A stretch of DNA of 64,000 nucleotides, taken from NCBI GenBank assembly GCA_964640945.1, contig CAZXIV010000002.1, positions 368-64,367 of the forward strand. The letters run 5' to 3'. The stretch is from an uncultured Candidatus Peribacteria bacterium (GTDB lineage: Bacteria; Patescibacteriota; Gracilibacteria; Peribacterales; Peribacteraceae). The notes beneath the pieces were generated by a model. That model made no database searches and had not been told where the DNA came from. It saw nothing but the letters and a program-made list of their open reading frames with translations. Numbering within the stretch: the stretch's first letter is position 1; each line of letters starts with the position of its first letter. A program made the position numbers and the translations under genes. This document shows, piece after piece, positions 16,811 through 25,036 of the stretch.

Positions 16811-16838
16811 ACGGCCGCCTTGAGGGTGGCCGTTTTTG
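16811..16838. other. GC-rich hairpin flanked by an A-run and a T-run in the valS / K-channel divergent region
   Basis: AAAAAACGGCCGCC-TTGAG-GGTGGCCGTTTTT. It looks like an intrinsic terminator in both orientations but lies between divergent genes, about 60 nt upstream of the valS start. Confidence 0.5.
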
Positions 16839-16956
16839 TAAATGAGAGGAAAGAGCGGAGCAGTGCCCTTTCGAGCAAGCCGGATACGTATACCAGGCTG
16901 TACACAGTCCAGGCAAGAGATTCTGGACCTAGAGCCACGCCAACCCCCGACGCATA

Positions 16957-16985
16957 CTGACAAACAGCGCTATTTCTGCTACAAT
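16957..16985 (+). promoter_or_regulatory. promoter CTGACA-N17-TACAAT for the K+ channel gene
   Basis: The -10 overlaps ATG 16984. With this promoter the transcript would start near the second ATG (16993), giving a leaderless mRNA. Confidence 0.45.
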
Positions 16986-17826
16986 GAGGGGAATGCGCCA
17001 TTTCCGTCCCGTCGGCATCCTGGAAACACTGTCGCAGGCCTCCTACTCGGCCCTGTGTTTGTTATGGATCTTCGTCAACCTCCTCTGCACAACGTTCTAC
17101 TTTGCCGCCACGCAGTGGTTCCCCGCCCATGGTCCAAGTATCGATGGGTCACTGTCCCCCTTCGAACGCCTGTGGGAAAGCAGCTACTTCAGCCTCGTGA
17201 CGGCCACCACGCTCGGCTACGGCGACTTCCTGCCTCAGGGCGCCTCGAAGGCTGTGGCTGTCGCGCAGGCCGCCGTCGGCGTGCTGATCTTCGGTATTCT
17301 CATTGCCAAGCTCGTGGCGCGCCGCACTGACGCCATTATGAGCGACGTCCACCGCCTCACCTTCGAGAGCATTTTCTATCACATCCGCCAGGGCCTGTTC
17401 ATCGTCCGCAAAGATTTCGACACCCTTATCCGCGATGCCGAGCACCACAACGGCCTCTCGGAACATGAATGGGAGAACCTGAGCGCCACCTACCTGCAGG
17501 CCCAGAGCCTGATTGAAGAAATATCCGACTTCTACAATAACGGCAATGCGTATGTCATCGACCGCAAGCGCGAGGCTCTGCTCATCGACTCCGTGCAGCG
17601 CACCTTGAGCCGCCTCCTGCGACTCCTGGCCTCCCTGGACCACCGCGGCGTCGACTGGCGCGGACACCAGGACAGCGCCATTCAACTGGATGCACTCGTG
17701 AGCATTATCGATACCGTGATTCTCGTCTGGCAGAAGCGCTCCCCCAACCACACGATCGAACACTTCCGCGTCATCCTCGAGCAGCAGCAATTGCTGCGGG
17801 GGCAGACGGCAGCAAAAAACGCATAA
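16984..17826 (+). CDS. two-TM potassium channel protein
   Basis: 280 aa. Pore helix and selectivity filter 'SLVTATTLGYGDFLP', followed by a cytoplasmic C-terminal domain of unknown type. Alternative start at 16993. Confidence 0.8.
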   Translation: MRGMRHFRPVGILETLSQASYSALCLLWIFVNLLCTTFYFAATQWFPAHGPSIDGSLSPFERLWESSYFSLVTATTLGYGDFLPQGASKAVAVAQAAVGVLIFGILIAKLVARRTDAIMSDVHRLTFESIFYHIRQGLFIVRKDFDTLIRDAEHHNGLSEHEWENLSATYLQAQSLIEEISDFYNNGNAYVIDRKREALLIDSVQRTLSRLLRLLASLDHRGVDWRGHQDSAIQLDALVSIIDTVILVWQKRSPNHTIEHFRVILEQQQLLRGQTAAKNA

Positions 17827-17849
17827 AAAAACCCTGCCGGTTGGCAGGG
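17825..17849 (-). terminator. rho-independent terminator (minus sense)
   Basis: CCCTGCC-GGTT-GGCAGGG. The plus-strand A-run gives a U-tract on the minus strand, downstream of 17880..18242. Confidence 0.7.
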
Positions 17850-17879
17850 GGAACTGGGCGACCAGTTCGATGAGAGTTA

Positions 17880-18242
17880 TTATTCCACCGGCCCGCTCTC
17901 GTTGAGCTGGCTGACTTGGCCGGCATTCAACTTGAAGCGACCGTCGATTTTGCCGCACTGATGGATGACGAACATCCCGTTCGTCTTTTCCCGACGGACG
18001 ACGTGAAACTCCGGACTGTGGACCACTTCGTACTGCGGCTTGTGGTCGAGCGGGCCCATGACACGATACGTGCCATCCGGCAGGGCCGTGATTTCCCGAG
18101 CCACCAGGCCGTTTTTTTCCAACGCGGACATCTTGTCCGTCAGTCGATTCGCTGTGATGGAAGCCGACACCCCCATCGCGACTGCCAGGAACATCCCGAC
18201 ACAGAGAAATGCGAGCAATAGGGTGAGAGACGTACGACGCAT
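17880..18242 (-). CDS. membrane-anchored/secreted hypothetical protein
   Basis: Start at ATG 18242, with GGAG 6 nt upstream. 'MRRTSLTLLLAFLCVGMFLAVAMG' is a signal or anchor sequence. No known family. Confidence 0.55.
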   Translation of the reverse strand: MRRTSLTLLLAFLCVGMFLAVAMGVSASITANRLTDKMSALEKNGLVAREITALPDGTYRVMGPLDHKPQYEVVHSPEFHVVRREKTNGMFVIHQCGKIDGRFKLNAGQVSQLNESGPVE

Positions 18243-18291
18243 GATTCGCTCCTGTGGTTTCAAAGGAACACGGACTGTGTTCTTAAAACAT

Positions 18292-18320
18292 ATTAAAGAA
18301 TTTTATTTAAATACTGTCAA
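18292..18320 (-). promoter_or_regulatory. promoter TTGACA-N17-TTTAAT
   Basis: On the minus strand, in an AT-rich gap between the pnp stop and gene 17880..18242. Confidence 0.5.
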
Positions 18321-18370
18321 TAGCCCCGAATCTTACGATCCAGGGCTATATGAGGTCCTATATCGACTTC

Positions 18371-20590
18371 TTACCGGCGGAAACCGCCACCGCCTCCCGG
18401 TCCGCGGCGCGGGCCGCCGAAGCCACCACCACCGCTGCGGGGAGGAGCTACGGACATGCCCTCCGGGGGCGGCGTCATCTGGCGCAGCGACATGCGCGTG
18501 CGGCCTTCGACGGCGTCGAACTCGATGCATTTGGCTTCCACCTCCTGGCCGACCTGGAGCACGTCCTCGACGCTCTCGGTGCGCTTCCACTGGAGCTCAG
18601 AGATGTGGATCATCGCGTCCTTGCCCTTGAGGAATTCCACGATGGCACCGGTGCCGTCGATGATGCGCACCACCTTGCAGTGGTACACCTTGCCGACCTC
18701 GGGCTTGGCGACGATGCCCTCAATCCACTCCTTGGCCTTCTGCATCGACTCGCCGTTGGTAGCCGTGACGAAGATGAGGCCGCTGTCGTCGATATCAATC
18801 TCGACGTTGAGCTCGCCCGTGATCTTCTGGATAGTCTCGCCACCCTTGCCGATAACGAGGCGGATGTCTTCGGGGTTGATGGTGATGGTCTCGATGCGCG
18901 GCGCATAGGGCGAGAGCTCCTTGCGCGGCTCGGGGATGGCAACGAGCATCTTGGCGAGGATGAACGCGCGACCGACCTTGGCCTTCTCAAGTGCATCAAT
19001 AAAGACGGAATCGGGGAGACCCTTGATCTTGATGTCCATTTGGATGGCCGTGACGCCCTGAGCGGTGCCGGTCACCTTAAAGTCCATATCGCCGCCGAAG
19101 TCCTCCTCATCCTGCAGGTCGGAGAGCACGACGTACTTGCCCTTCGCTTCGTCGGACATGAGTCCGAGTGCGATGGCCGAAACCGGAGCCGAAATCGGCA
19201 CGCCGGCCGCCATGAGGGCGAGGGTGGAACCGCAGGCCGCCGCCATAGACGACGAACCGTTGCTTTCTAAAATCTCCGTCACGACGCGGATGGTGTAGGG
19301 GAAATCTTCCTCCTTCGGGAGCACGGGCTCGAGGCCGCGCTGGGCCAGGTTGCCGTGGCCAATCTCGCGGTTGCCCACCATCAGGCGGTTGCTCGTCTCA
19401 CCCACCGAGAACGGCGGGAAGTTGTAGTGATGCATGTAACGGAGCTTGTGCTCACCCACCATGCCCTCAACGATCTGCTTGTCGCCGGGCGAACCGAGCG
19501 TGACCGTCACCAGGCCCTGCGTCTCGCCACGCTGGAAGAGCGCAGAACCGTGAACGCGGCTGGGTAGGAAGTCGACGGCGCAGGTGATCTCGCGGATCTC
19601 GTCGGGCTTGCGGCCGCTCATGCGGGTGCCCTCTTCGAGTACCAAGCGGCGCACTTCGCCCTTGATGACCTTGTCGGCGATGTCCTTGGCATTGGCGTAG
19701 AGTTTCTTGAGCGTCTCATCATCGCCGGCGGGACCGAACTTCTCTTCGAGCTTGGCCTTGGCCTCCTCCATGATGCCGTTGAAGATCTTGCGGCGGACGA
19801 GCTTGTCGAGGGGCTTCTTCACGGCGTCGTTGACGGTCGGGAGGGCCCAGGCCTTGAGGTACTGGTAAGCCTCTTCGTGACTGTAGGCCGGGTCAATTTC
19901 GAACTTCGTCTTACCCAGTTCCTTCTGCACGGTAGCGAAGAATTCCGCGATCTTCTGGGCCCACTTCTTGCCGAACGCAATAGCCTTCACAATCTCGGCC
20001 TCGGGCACCTGGTTGGCGCCGGCTTCGATCATAACCACACGCTCGAGCGAGGCCGTCACGAACATATCGAGGTCAGCCTTGGTGCGAGCTTCGACCGTAG
20101 GGTTTAAGACCAGTTCGCCGCCGATCAGGCCGACGCGGACCGTGCCGAGGGGACCGTCGCAGGGGCAGTCGCTGATGGCGACCGAGAGGTTGGCGGCATT
20201 GGCGGCCACGATGTCGTGCTCGTTCTCATAGTCATACGAAAGAACCGTGCACATCACCTGGATGTCGTTGCGGATGTGTTTGGGGAACATCGGGCGCAGT
20301 CCGCGGTCGATGACGCGGCCGAGGAGGACGTAGTCATCACCAGGACGACCTTCGCGCTTGCGGAAGCGGGAACCGGCAATCTTGCCGCCGGCGTAGAACT
20401 TCTCCTGGTAGACCACCTGCAGGGGCAGGAAGTCGACGCCGTCGCGCGGCTTGGCGCTGACGGTGGTGGTGCCGAGCGCGACGGTATCGCCCATCTTGCA
20501 GATGATGGAACCGTTCGCCTGGCGGGCGATTTGGCCGGTCTCAACGACAAGTTTCTTGTCGCCGAGCTCCAGCGTGAACTGTTTAGACAT
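18371..20590 (-). CDS. pnp: polyribonucleotide nucleotidyltransferase (PNPase) with a Gly/Arg-rich C-terminal tail
   Basis: Start taken at ATG 20590 ('MSKQFTLELGDKKLVVETGQIARQANGS'). Two RNase PH domains, KH ('IRLVIGKGGETIQKI') and S1 ('VGKVYHCKVVRIIDGTGAIVEF'), then '...RSGGGGFGGPRRGPGGGGGFRR'. Confidence 0.95.
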   Translation of the reverse strand: MSKQFTLELGDKKLVVETGQIARQANGSIICKMGDTVALGTTTVSAKPRDGVDFLPLQVVYQEKFYAGGKIAGSRFRKREGRPGDDYVLLGRVIDRGLRPMFPKHIRNDIQVMCTVLSYDYENEHDIVAANAANLSVAISDCPCDGPLGTVRVGLIGGELVLNPTVEARTKADLDMFVTASLERVVMIEAGANQVPEAEIVKAIAFGKKWAQKIAEFFATVQKELGKTKFEIDPAYSHEEAYQYLKAWALPTVNDAVKKPLDKLVRRKIFNGIMEEAKAKLEEKFGPAGDDETLKKLYANAKDIADKVIKGEVRRLVLEEGTRMSGRKPDEIREITCAVDFLPSRVHGSALFQRGETQGLVTVTLGSPGDKQIVEGMVGEHKLRYMHHYNFPPFSVGETSNRLMVGNREIGHGNLAQRGLEPVLPKEEDFPYTIRVVTEILESNGSSSMAAACGSTLALMAAGVPISAPVSAIALGLMSDEAKGKYVVLSDLQDEEDFGGDMDFKVTGTAQGVTAIQMDIKIKGLPDSVFIDALEKAKVGRAFILAKMLVAIPEPRKELSPYAPRIETITINPEDIRLVIGKGGETIQKITGELNVEIDIDDSGLIFVTATNGESMQKAKEWIEGIVAKPEVGKVYHCKVVRIIDGTGAIVEFLKGKDAMIHISELQWKRTESVEDVLQVGQEVEAKCIEFDAVEGRTRMSLRQMTPPPEGMSVAPPRSGGGGFGGPRRGPGGGGGFRR

Positions 20591-20746
20591 ACGAATATGG
20601 GGGAAAGGAAGCGACGCAAGCGCGTCAGTCTCCCTGTCCCGCCATAGATGCACATACGAATCCCCGGACGGGAACTCAGACGTACACCCACGGGTGCAAC
20701 GGAAGACCACAGAAGAGTACATGAATTATCCCATTTTGACCACCAA

Positions 20747-20773
20747 AAAAGGCCCCGGATCGCTCCGGGGCAC
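20747..20773 (-). terminator. intrinsic terminator/attenuator inside the pnp 5' region
   Basis: Minus strand reads GCCCCGGA-GCGA-TCCGGGGC followed by CTTTTTT, about 155 nt upstream of the pnp ATG. Confidence 0.65.
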
Positions 20774-20906
20774 AGGGGTTTTCCATACCATTCAGCCTAT
20801 TGAGCCGTCGACATGGGACCACCGTGTCTTCCGTCGCCGTAGGACTGTCCATAAGCATGGAGCTTGGAGAGAACGCAGCCAAAGACAACCGCCTTTGACG
20901 CGCGGG

Positions 20907-20935
20907 ATTCTATGATCCGACTGCGGAAAAGCCAA
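20907..20935 (-). promoter_or_regulatory. promoter TTGGCT-N17-TAGAAT immediately downstream of the rpsO terminator
   Basis: Hexamers read on the minus strand. It would start a transcript about 155 nt upstream of the 20747-20773 terminator. Confidence 0.5.
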
Positions 20936-20965
20936 TAAAAACGCCACCCCTCGCGGGACGGCGTT
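20936..20965 (-). terminator. rpsO rho-independent terminator
   Basis: Minus strand reads AACGCCGTCCC-GCGA-GGGGTGGCGTT followed by TTTA. Two positions are G-U pairs only in the minus-strand RNA, which makes the structure strand-specific. Confidence 0.7.
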
Positions 20966-20992
20966 CTTGGAATCAACCGTGGGAACGGGGAG

Positions 20993-21262
20993 TTATTTCT
21001 TGAGCTTGTTCTTCTCGAGCACATCCTGGTAGTGCGTCGGATTCTCGCGCTGGAGATACTTGAGCAGATCGCGGCGCTGGGCGACCTTGCCGAGGAGTCC
21101 GCGGCGGGCGGAGTGATCCTTCTTGTGCGACTGGAGGTGGCCGGTGAGCTCTTCGATCTCCTTGGTAAGCAGGCGAACCTGCACCGAGGGGGAACCGGTA
21201 TCCTTCTTGTGAGTCTGACTCTGTTCGATGAGCTTCTTCTTCGCCTTCTGCTTGAGGGCCAT
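20993..21262 (-). CDS. rpsO: 30S ribosomal protein S15
   Basis: 89 aa from ATG 21262 inside track ORF 20993..21541. 'DTGSPSVQVRLLTKEIEELTGHLQSHKKDHSARRGLLGKVAQRRDLLKYL'. Confidence 0.95.
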   Translation of the reverse strand: MALKQKAKKKLIEQSQTHKKDTGSPSVQVRLLTKEIEELTGHLQSHKKDHSARRGLLGKVAQRRDLLKYLQRENPTHYQDVLEKNKLKK

Positions 21263-21347
21263 AAGATTAAGGGGGAAGGAGGACGCGAAAGGAATCCTTG
21301 CCGAGCCATGGGGGCCAAACGCCACCCGTAGCACGGACGTGAGGGCA

Positions 21348-21375
21348 ATTCTAAGGAGACGAACTGGGAAATCAA
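21348..21375 (-). promoter_or_regulatory. rpsO promoter TTGATT-N16-TAGAAT
   Basis: Read on the minus strand, leaving a leader of about 80 nt before the rpsO ATG. Confidence 0.5.
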
Positions 21376-21423
21376 GGTAGGCAATGAATTTATGGCCAAA
21401 GGAAGAGCAAAAAATCGACACTA

Positions 21424-21439
21424 GTGGACCTTCGTCCAC
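21424..21439. promoter_or_regulatory. palindrome GTGGACCTTCGTCCAC (candidate LexA operator) upstream of rmuC-pcrA
   Basis: Perfect 6-bp inverted arms with a 4-nt spacer, 19 nt before ATG 21458 and just upstream of a TACGAT -10 box (21446-21451). Confidence 0.5.
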
Positions 21440-21457
21440 CCGTGGTACGATGCCGCC

Positions 21458-22675
21458 ATGACCCCCATCGAGATCGTCCTCAGCGTTGCCATGGTCGCCG
21501 TTGTCGGCGCCATGATCTGGAAGATGCGCTCCCCCGCCCAAGGCGGAAGCTCTGCGGAGTTAGAACGTGAAAACGCCAAGCTGCACGCCACCTTGGAACA
21601 AGCCCAGAAGGAGGTAGGCAAGCTGCAAAGCGAATTGGAAGCACAGAAGGGCGAATACAAGGAGCTGCAAGGTAAGGGCAAGCAGCTCGACGTGCAGTTC
21701 ACCGAAGTGAAGAATAACCTGGAGCATGCCAAGAAGGACGCCGAGGAGTTGCAGAAAAAGTTGGCCAAGCACGAGGCCGCCGCCGAGCGCCACGAGAAGG
21801 AGCGAGCCACCGAGCTACAGAAACTGGAGGCGGCCAAGCAGAGCCTGGACCAGGAGCGCCAGCGCGTTATCCGGGAGGATGAGGAGGCCCTCGCGCTCGC
21901 CGAGGCGAACCGCGACCGCATTTGGAACGAGCACGAGAAGAACGTGGTCGCGATGATGCAGAGCCTCTGCAAACAACCGCAGTATGCCTTCACATGCTAC
22001 TCAAACACCGACCTGCCCGAGGGCTTCGACGGCAGCCTGAAGCCTGACGTGCTGATTGAGTTTCTCGACCAGTATGTCATCTTCGACGCCAAGAAATCGA
22101 AGAGTGAGAGTCTCTCGACCTACATCAACAACACCGTGAAGGCGACGGTAACCAAGGTGAAGAAAAACCCGAAGATCGCCACCATGATCTTCCTGGTGGT
22201 GCCGAGCGAGGCCATTTCGGAGCTCAGGGCGCACCATGCCGTGCACGACGGCTACACCTTCTACGTCATCTCACCCGAGGCGCTCGCGCCCATCCTCGCC
22301 AGCCTCAAACAAATCACCAATTACGAAGCTTTCGAAGGCATTGACCCGCAGCAGCGCGAGAACATCGTGCAGTTGATCGCCGAATACGACTTCCACATCA
22401 ACTTCCGCAACGCCGCCGACCTTGTCATCTCGAAGATGGGCACTGAGCTTCTCAAAAAGGCCGAGCGCCTGGACCCGGCCATGACGGCCGAGATCACTCA
22501 ACGCAAGCAGCCGATGAACGCCAAAGTGGCAATCGCCGCCGGAGAGCTTCGTCGCCTGGTGGGTTCAGCCGCCGAACAGGTGACGACTATTGATGAACTC
22601 TCCTCGCCGCGCGCGCTGGTAGATGGCGCCCTGGTGAAGGCCGTCAAAAGCGCCGTCACCTCGAAAGAGGACTGA
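21458..22675 (+). CDS. RmuC-like DNA recombination protein
   Basis: 405 aa. N-terminal TM, long Lys/Glu coiled coil, then 'LKPDVLIEFLDQYVIFDAKKSK', resembling the RmuC PD-(D/E)xK-like core. Confidence 0.55.
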   Translation: MTPIEIVLSVAMVAVVGAMIWKMRSPAQGGSSAELERENAKLHATLEQAQKEVGKLQSELEAQKGEYKELQGKGKQLDVQFTEVKNNLEHAKKDAEELQKKLAKHEAAAERHEKERATELQKLEAAKQSLDQERQRVIREDEEALALAEANRDRIWNEHEKNVVAMMQSLCKQPQYAFTCYSNTDLPEGFDGSLKPDVLIEFLDQYVIFDAKKSKSESLSTYINNTVKATVTKVKKNPKIATMIFLVVPSEAISELRAHHAVHDGYTFYVISPEALAPILASLKQITNYEAFEGIDPQQRENIVQLIAEYDFHINFRNAADLVISKMGTELLKKAERLDPAMTAEITQRKQPMNAKVAIAAGELRRLVGSAAEQVTTIDELSSPRALVDGALVKAVKSAVTSKED

Positions 22676-22680
22676 AGTCC

Positions 22681-24984
22681 GTGCCATCGTCCCCCACTCC
22701 GATTACACTCTCGCCCGTGCCTGTCCTCGACACGGATATCCTTCTCGGCCCCCTGAACCCCGAACAGCGCGCAGCCGCCGAGACGACCGAAGGGCCGGTG
22801 CTCATCTTGGCCGGCGCCGGCAGCGGCAAGACCAAAGCCCTGACGCACCGCATCGCCTATTTAATGAGCAAGGGCGTGGAGCCCTACCAAATCCTGGCCG
22901 TCACGTTCACCAATAAGGCCGCCCGCGAGATGAAGGACCGCATCCGCGCCCTCCTCCATTTAACCGGCGAGGACCAGAGCGACCTCATCACGCCGGGCGC
23001 CGGACGCATGCCCACCATGGGCACGTTCCACTCGGTGTGCGTGCGTATCCTCCGCCGCGACATCGAGCACCTCGGCCGCGACCGCAGCTTCGTCATCTAC
23101 GACTCCGACGACCAAGAGCGCCTGATGAAGGAAGTACTCCGCGAGCAAAAGATCGACGAGTCGATGCTCAAACCCCGCGCCGCCCTCTCGGCCGTGAGCC
23201 GCTGGAAGTCGGAAGCCTACCTACCCAAAGACGCCCACACCCAGGCCACGAGCGCCCGCTTGGAGATGATGGCCAACGCGTATGCCTCCTATCAAAAAGC
23301 CATGATGGGCGCGAACGCCATGGATTTCGACGACCTACTCCTGGAGACCGTTCGCCTCTTCCATGAATGCCCCGACGTGCTCGCGCGCTACCAGAACACC
23401 TGGCGCTACGTGCACGTAGACGAGTACCAAGACACGAACCACGTGCAGTACCTGCTCATCATGCTGCTGACGAAGACGCACAAGAACCTGTGCGTCATCG
23501 GCGACCCCGACCAGTCGATCTACGGTTTCCGCGGCGCCGACCTCCGGAACATCCTGGAGTTCGAGAAGGAATACCCCAACGCCAAGCGCATCACGCTCGA
23601 GCAGAACTACCGCTCGACGCAGCTCATCCTGAGCGCGGCTGACGCCGTCATCGCCCAGAACCCCAACCGCCCCAAGAAGACGATGCGCAGCGACCGCAAG
23701 GAAGGCCCGAAGGTGCTTATCCAGGAACTGCGCGACGAGCGCGGCGAAGCCGAAGAAGCCATCCGCGCGGCCAAGCAGCTGGCTAAGGAGGGCGTGCCGC
23801 TCTCGGACCAGGTGATCCTCTACCGCACCAACGCCCAGTCGCGTCTCTTTGAAGAAGCCTGCCTGCGCGAGGGTATGCCCTACCGCCTCTTGGGCGGCAC
23901 CAAGTTTTACGCCCGCCGCGAAGTGAAGGACGTGCTCGCCTACCTGCACGCCATCTTGAATCCCAAGGATGTGCTCTCGCTCCTGCGCATTATCAATGTG
24001 CCCGCCCGCAAGATCGGCCAGACGACGCTCGAGAAGATTCAGGCGCACTGCCAGGCCGCCCAAATTTCTCTCTGGCAAGCCGTGCAAGACCCCGAGAGCA
24101 TCCCCGGCCTGGATGCCGGCGTGAAGCAGCGCTTGGCCGTGTTTGCCGCGCTCATCTTGCGCTTCCGGAGCCTGGCCGACAGTAAGCGCGTGGGCGAACT
24201 CACGGACCAACTGCTCGACGCGCTCAACATGCACCAGTGGCTGATGGAGGATGATGACGGCGAGGAACGCTGGCAGAACGTGCGCGAACTGCTCTCCGTT
24301 ATGCAGAAATATGAGCACTTGGAACCCAAGGCGTCGCTCACAGCCTTTTTAGAAGAAGCCGCCCTCGTCTCGGAGGCGGACAAGCTCGGCGACGAAGACC
24401 GCCCCTCGCTCACGCTGATGACGGTGCACCTCTGCAAGGGCTTGGAGTACGAGCACGTGATGGTGGCCGGCTGCGAGGAGGGCATCTTCCCCCATAGTTC
24501 GAGCCTCTTGGACCGCGCCCAAATTGAGGAAGAACGCCGCCTGATGTACGTCGCCATGACGCGCGCCAAGACACACCTGCGCCTACTCCTAACGCGCAGT
24601 CGCCTACTCTGGGGCCAGCGCCAGACCAACGCCAAGAGCCGCTTTCTTGATGATGTTCCGGCCGAGGTCTGCGAGCGCCGCAGCGACGACGTCCTCTCGG
24701 CTTTTGCTTGGGCCAGCGAGCGCGCGGTCACTCATCCCAGCCGCTCCTCGGGCAAAAAGCTCGATCCCTTCGTGCAGCAGGAAGTGAGCATCGAGTTTAA
24801 CCAGGATCTCGGCCAGGACGACGGCGAGTCGCAAGCGGAAGTGGATATCGGCTCGCGCATCGAACACCAAGTCTTCGGCCAAGGCACGGTCACGCGCCGC
24901 CGCGGCGATGTGATCGACGTGGCCTTCGACGACGGCCGCCAAAAGACCCTTGCCCTCAGCGTCGCCAAAGTGCGGATACTTTGA
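22681..24984 (+). CDS. pcrA: ATP-dependent DNA helicase PcrA/UvrD (SF1)
   Basis: 767 aa. 'AGAGSGKTKALTHRIAYL' (Walker A), 'VHVDEYQDTN', 'GDPDQSIYGFRGA', 'LEQNYRST', 'MTVHLCKGLEYEHV', 'RLMYVAMTRAK' and a C-terminal Tudor-like 'GSRIEHQVFGQGTV'. Confidence 0.9.
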   Translation: MPSSPTPITLSPVPVLDTDILLGPLNPEQRAAAETTEGPVLILAGAGSGKTKALTHRIAYLMSKGVEPYQILAVTFTNKAAREMKDRIRALLHLTGEDQSDLITPGAGRMPTMGTFHSVCVRILRRDIEHLGRDRSFVIYDSDDQERLMKEVLREQKIDESMLKPRAALSAVSRWKSEAYLPKDAHTQATSARLEMMANAYASYQKAMMGANAMDFDDLLLETVRLFHECPDVLARYQNTWRYVHVDEYQDTNHVQYLLIMLLTKTHKNLCVIGDPDQSIYGFRGADLRNILEFEKEYPNAKRITLEQNYRSTQLILSAADAVIAQNPNRPKKTMRSDRKEGPKVLIQELRDERGEAEEAIRAAKQLAKEGVPLSDQVILYRTNAQSRLFEEACLREGMPYRLLGGTKFYARREVKDVLAYLHAILNPKDVLSLLRIINVPARKIGQTTLEKIQAHCQAAQISLWQAVQDPESIPGLDAGVKQRLAVFAALILRFRSLADSKRVGELTDQLLDALNMHQWLMEDDDGEERWQNVRELLSVMQKYEHLEPKASLTAFLEEAALVSEADKLGDEDRPSLTLMTVHLCKGLEYEHVMVAGCEEGIFPHSSSLLDRAQIEEERRLMYVAMTRAKTHLRLLLTRSRLLWGQRQTNAKSRFLDDVPAEVCERRSDDVLSAFAWASERAVTHPSRSSGKKLDPFVQQEVSIEFNQDLGQDDGESQAEVDIGSRIEHQVFGQGTVTRRRGDVIDVAFDDGRQKTLALSVAKVRIL

Positions 24985-25036
24985 ACCGACCCCCACCTTG
25001 CGATGGGGGTCAGAGGGACCCGAAGGTCCCACGCGA

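Noticed and set aside
16750-16983. T-box riboswitch upstream of valS
   Set aside because: A terminator-like hairpin is present. However, I find no T-box consensus (..GGGTGGTACCGCG..) positioned to form an antiterminator with its 5' arm, and no clear Stem I/specifier loop with a GUN codon. I kept it only as an unexplained hairpin.
16842-17330. 162-aa plus-strand ORF overlapping the K+ channel gene out of frame
   Set aside because: The channel frame contains the TxGYGD filter and TM helices. The overlapping frame is Arg/Pro-rich with no features.
20744-20900. SRP RNA or a protein-coding gene (track ORF 20676..20888) in the rpsO-pnp spacer
   Set aside because: No SRP motif is present. The ORF crosses an intrinsic terminator, lacks any start signal and has an odd composition.
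21263-21347. Known S15 autoregulatory leader structure upstream of rpsO
   Set aside because: An ~80-nt leader exists, but I could not recognise either the E. coli pseudoknot or the three-way-junction mimic by eye, so no specific claim is made.
23335-24318. 327-aa minus-strand ORF, plus 24039..24731 and 5967..6674 of the same kind
   Set aside because: They are antisense to pcrA/uvrD and to rplJ respectively, which are both unambiguous. They are high-GC antisense artefacts.
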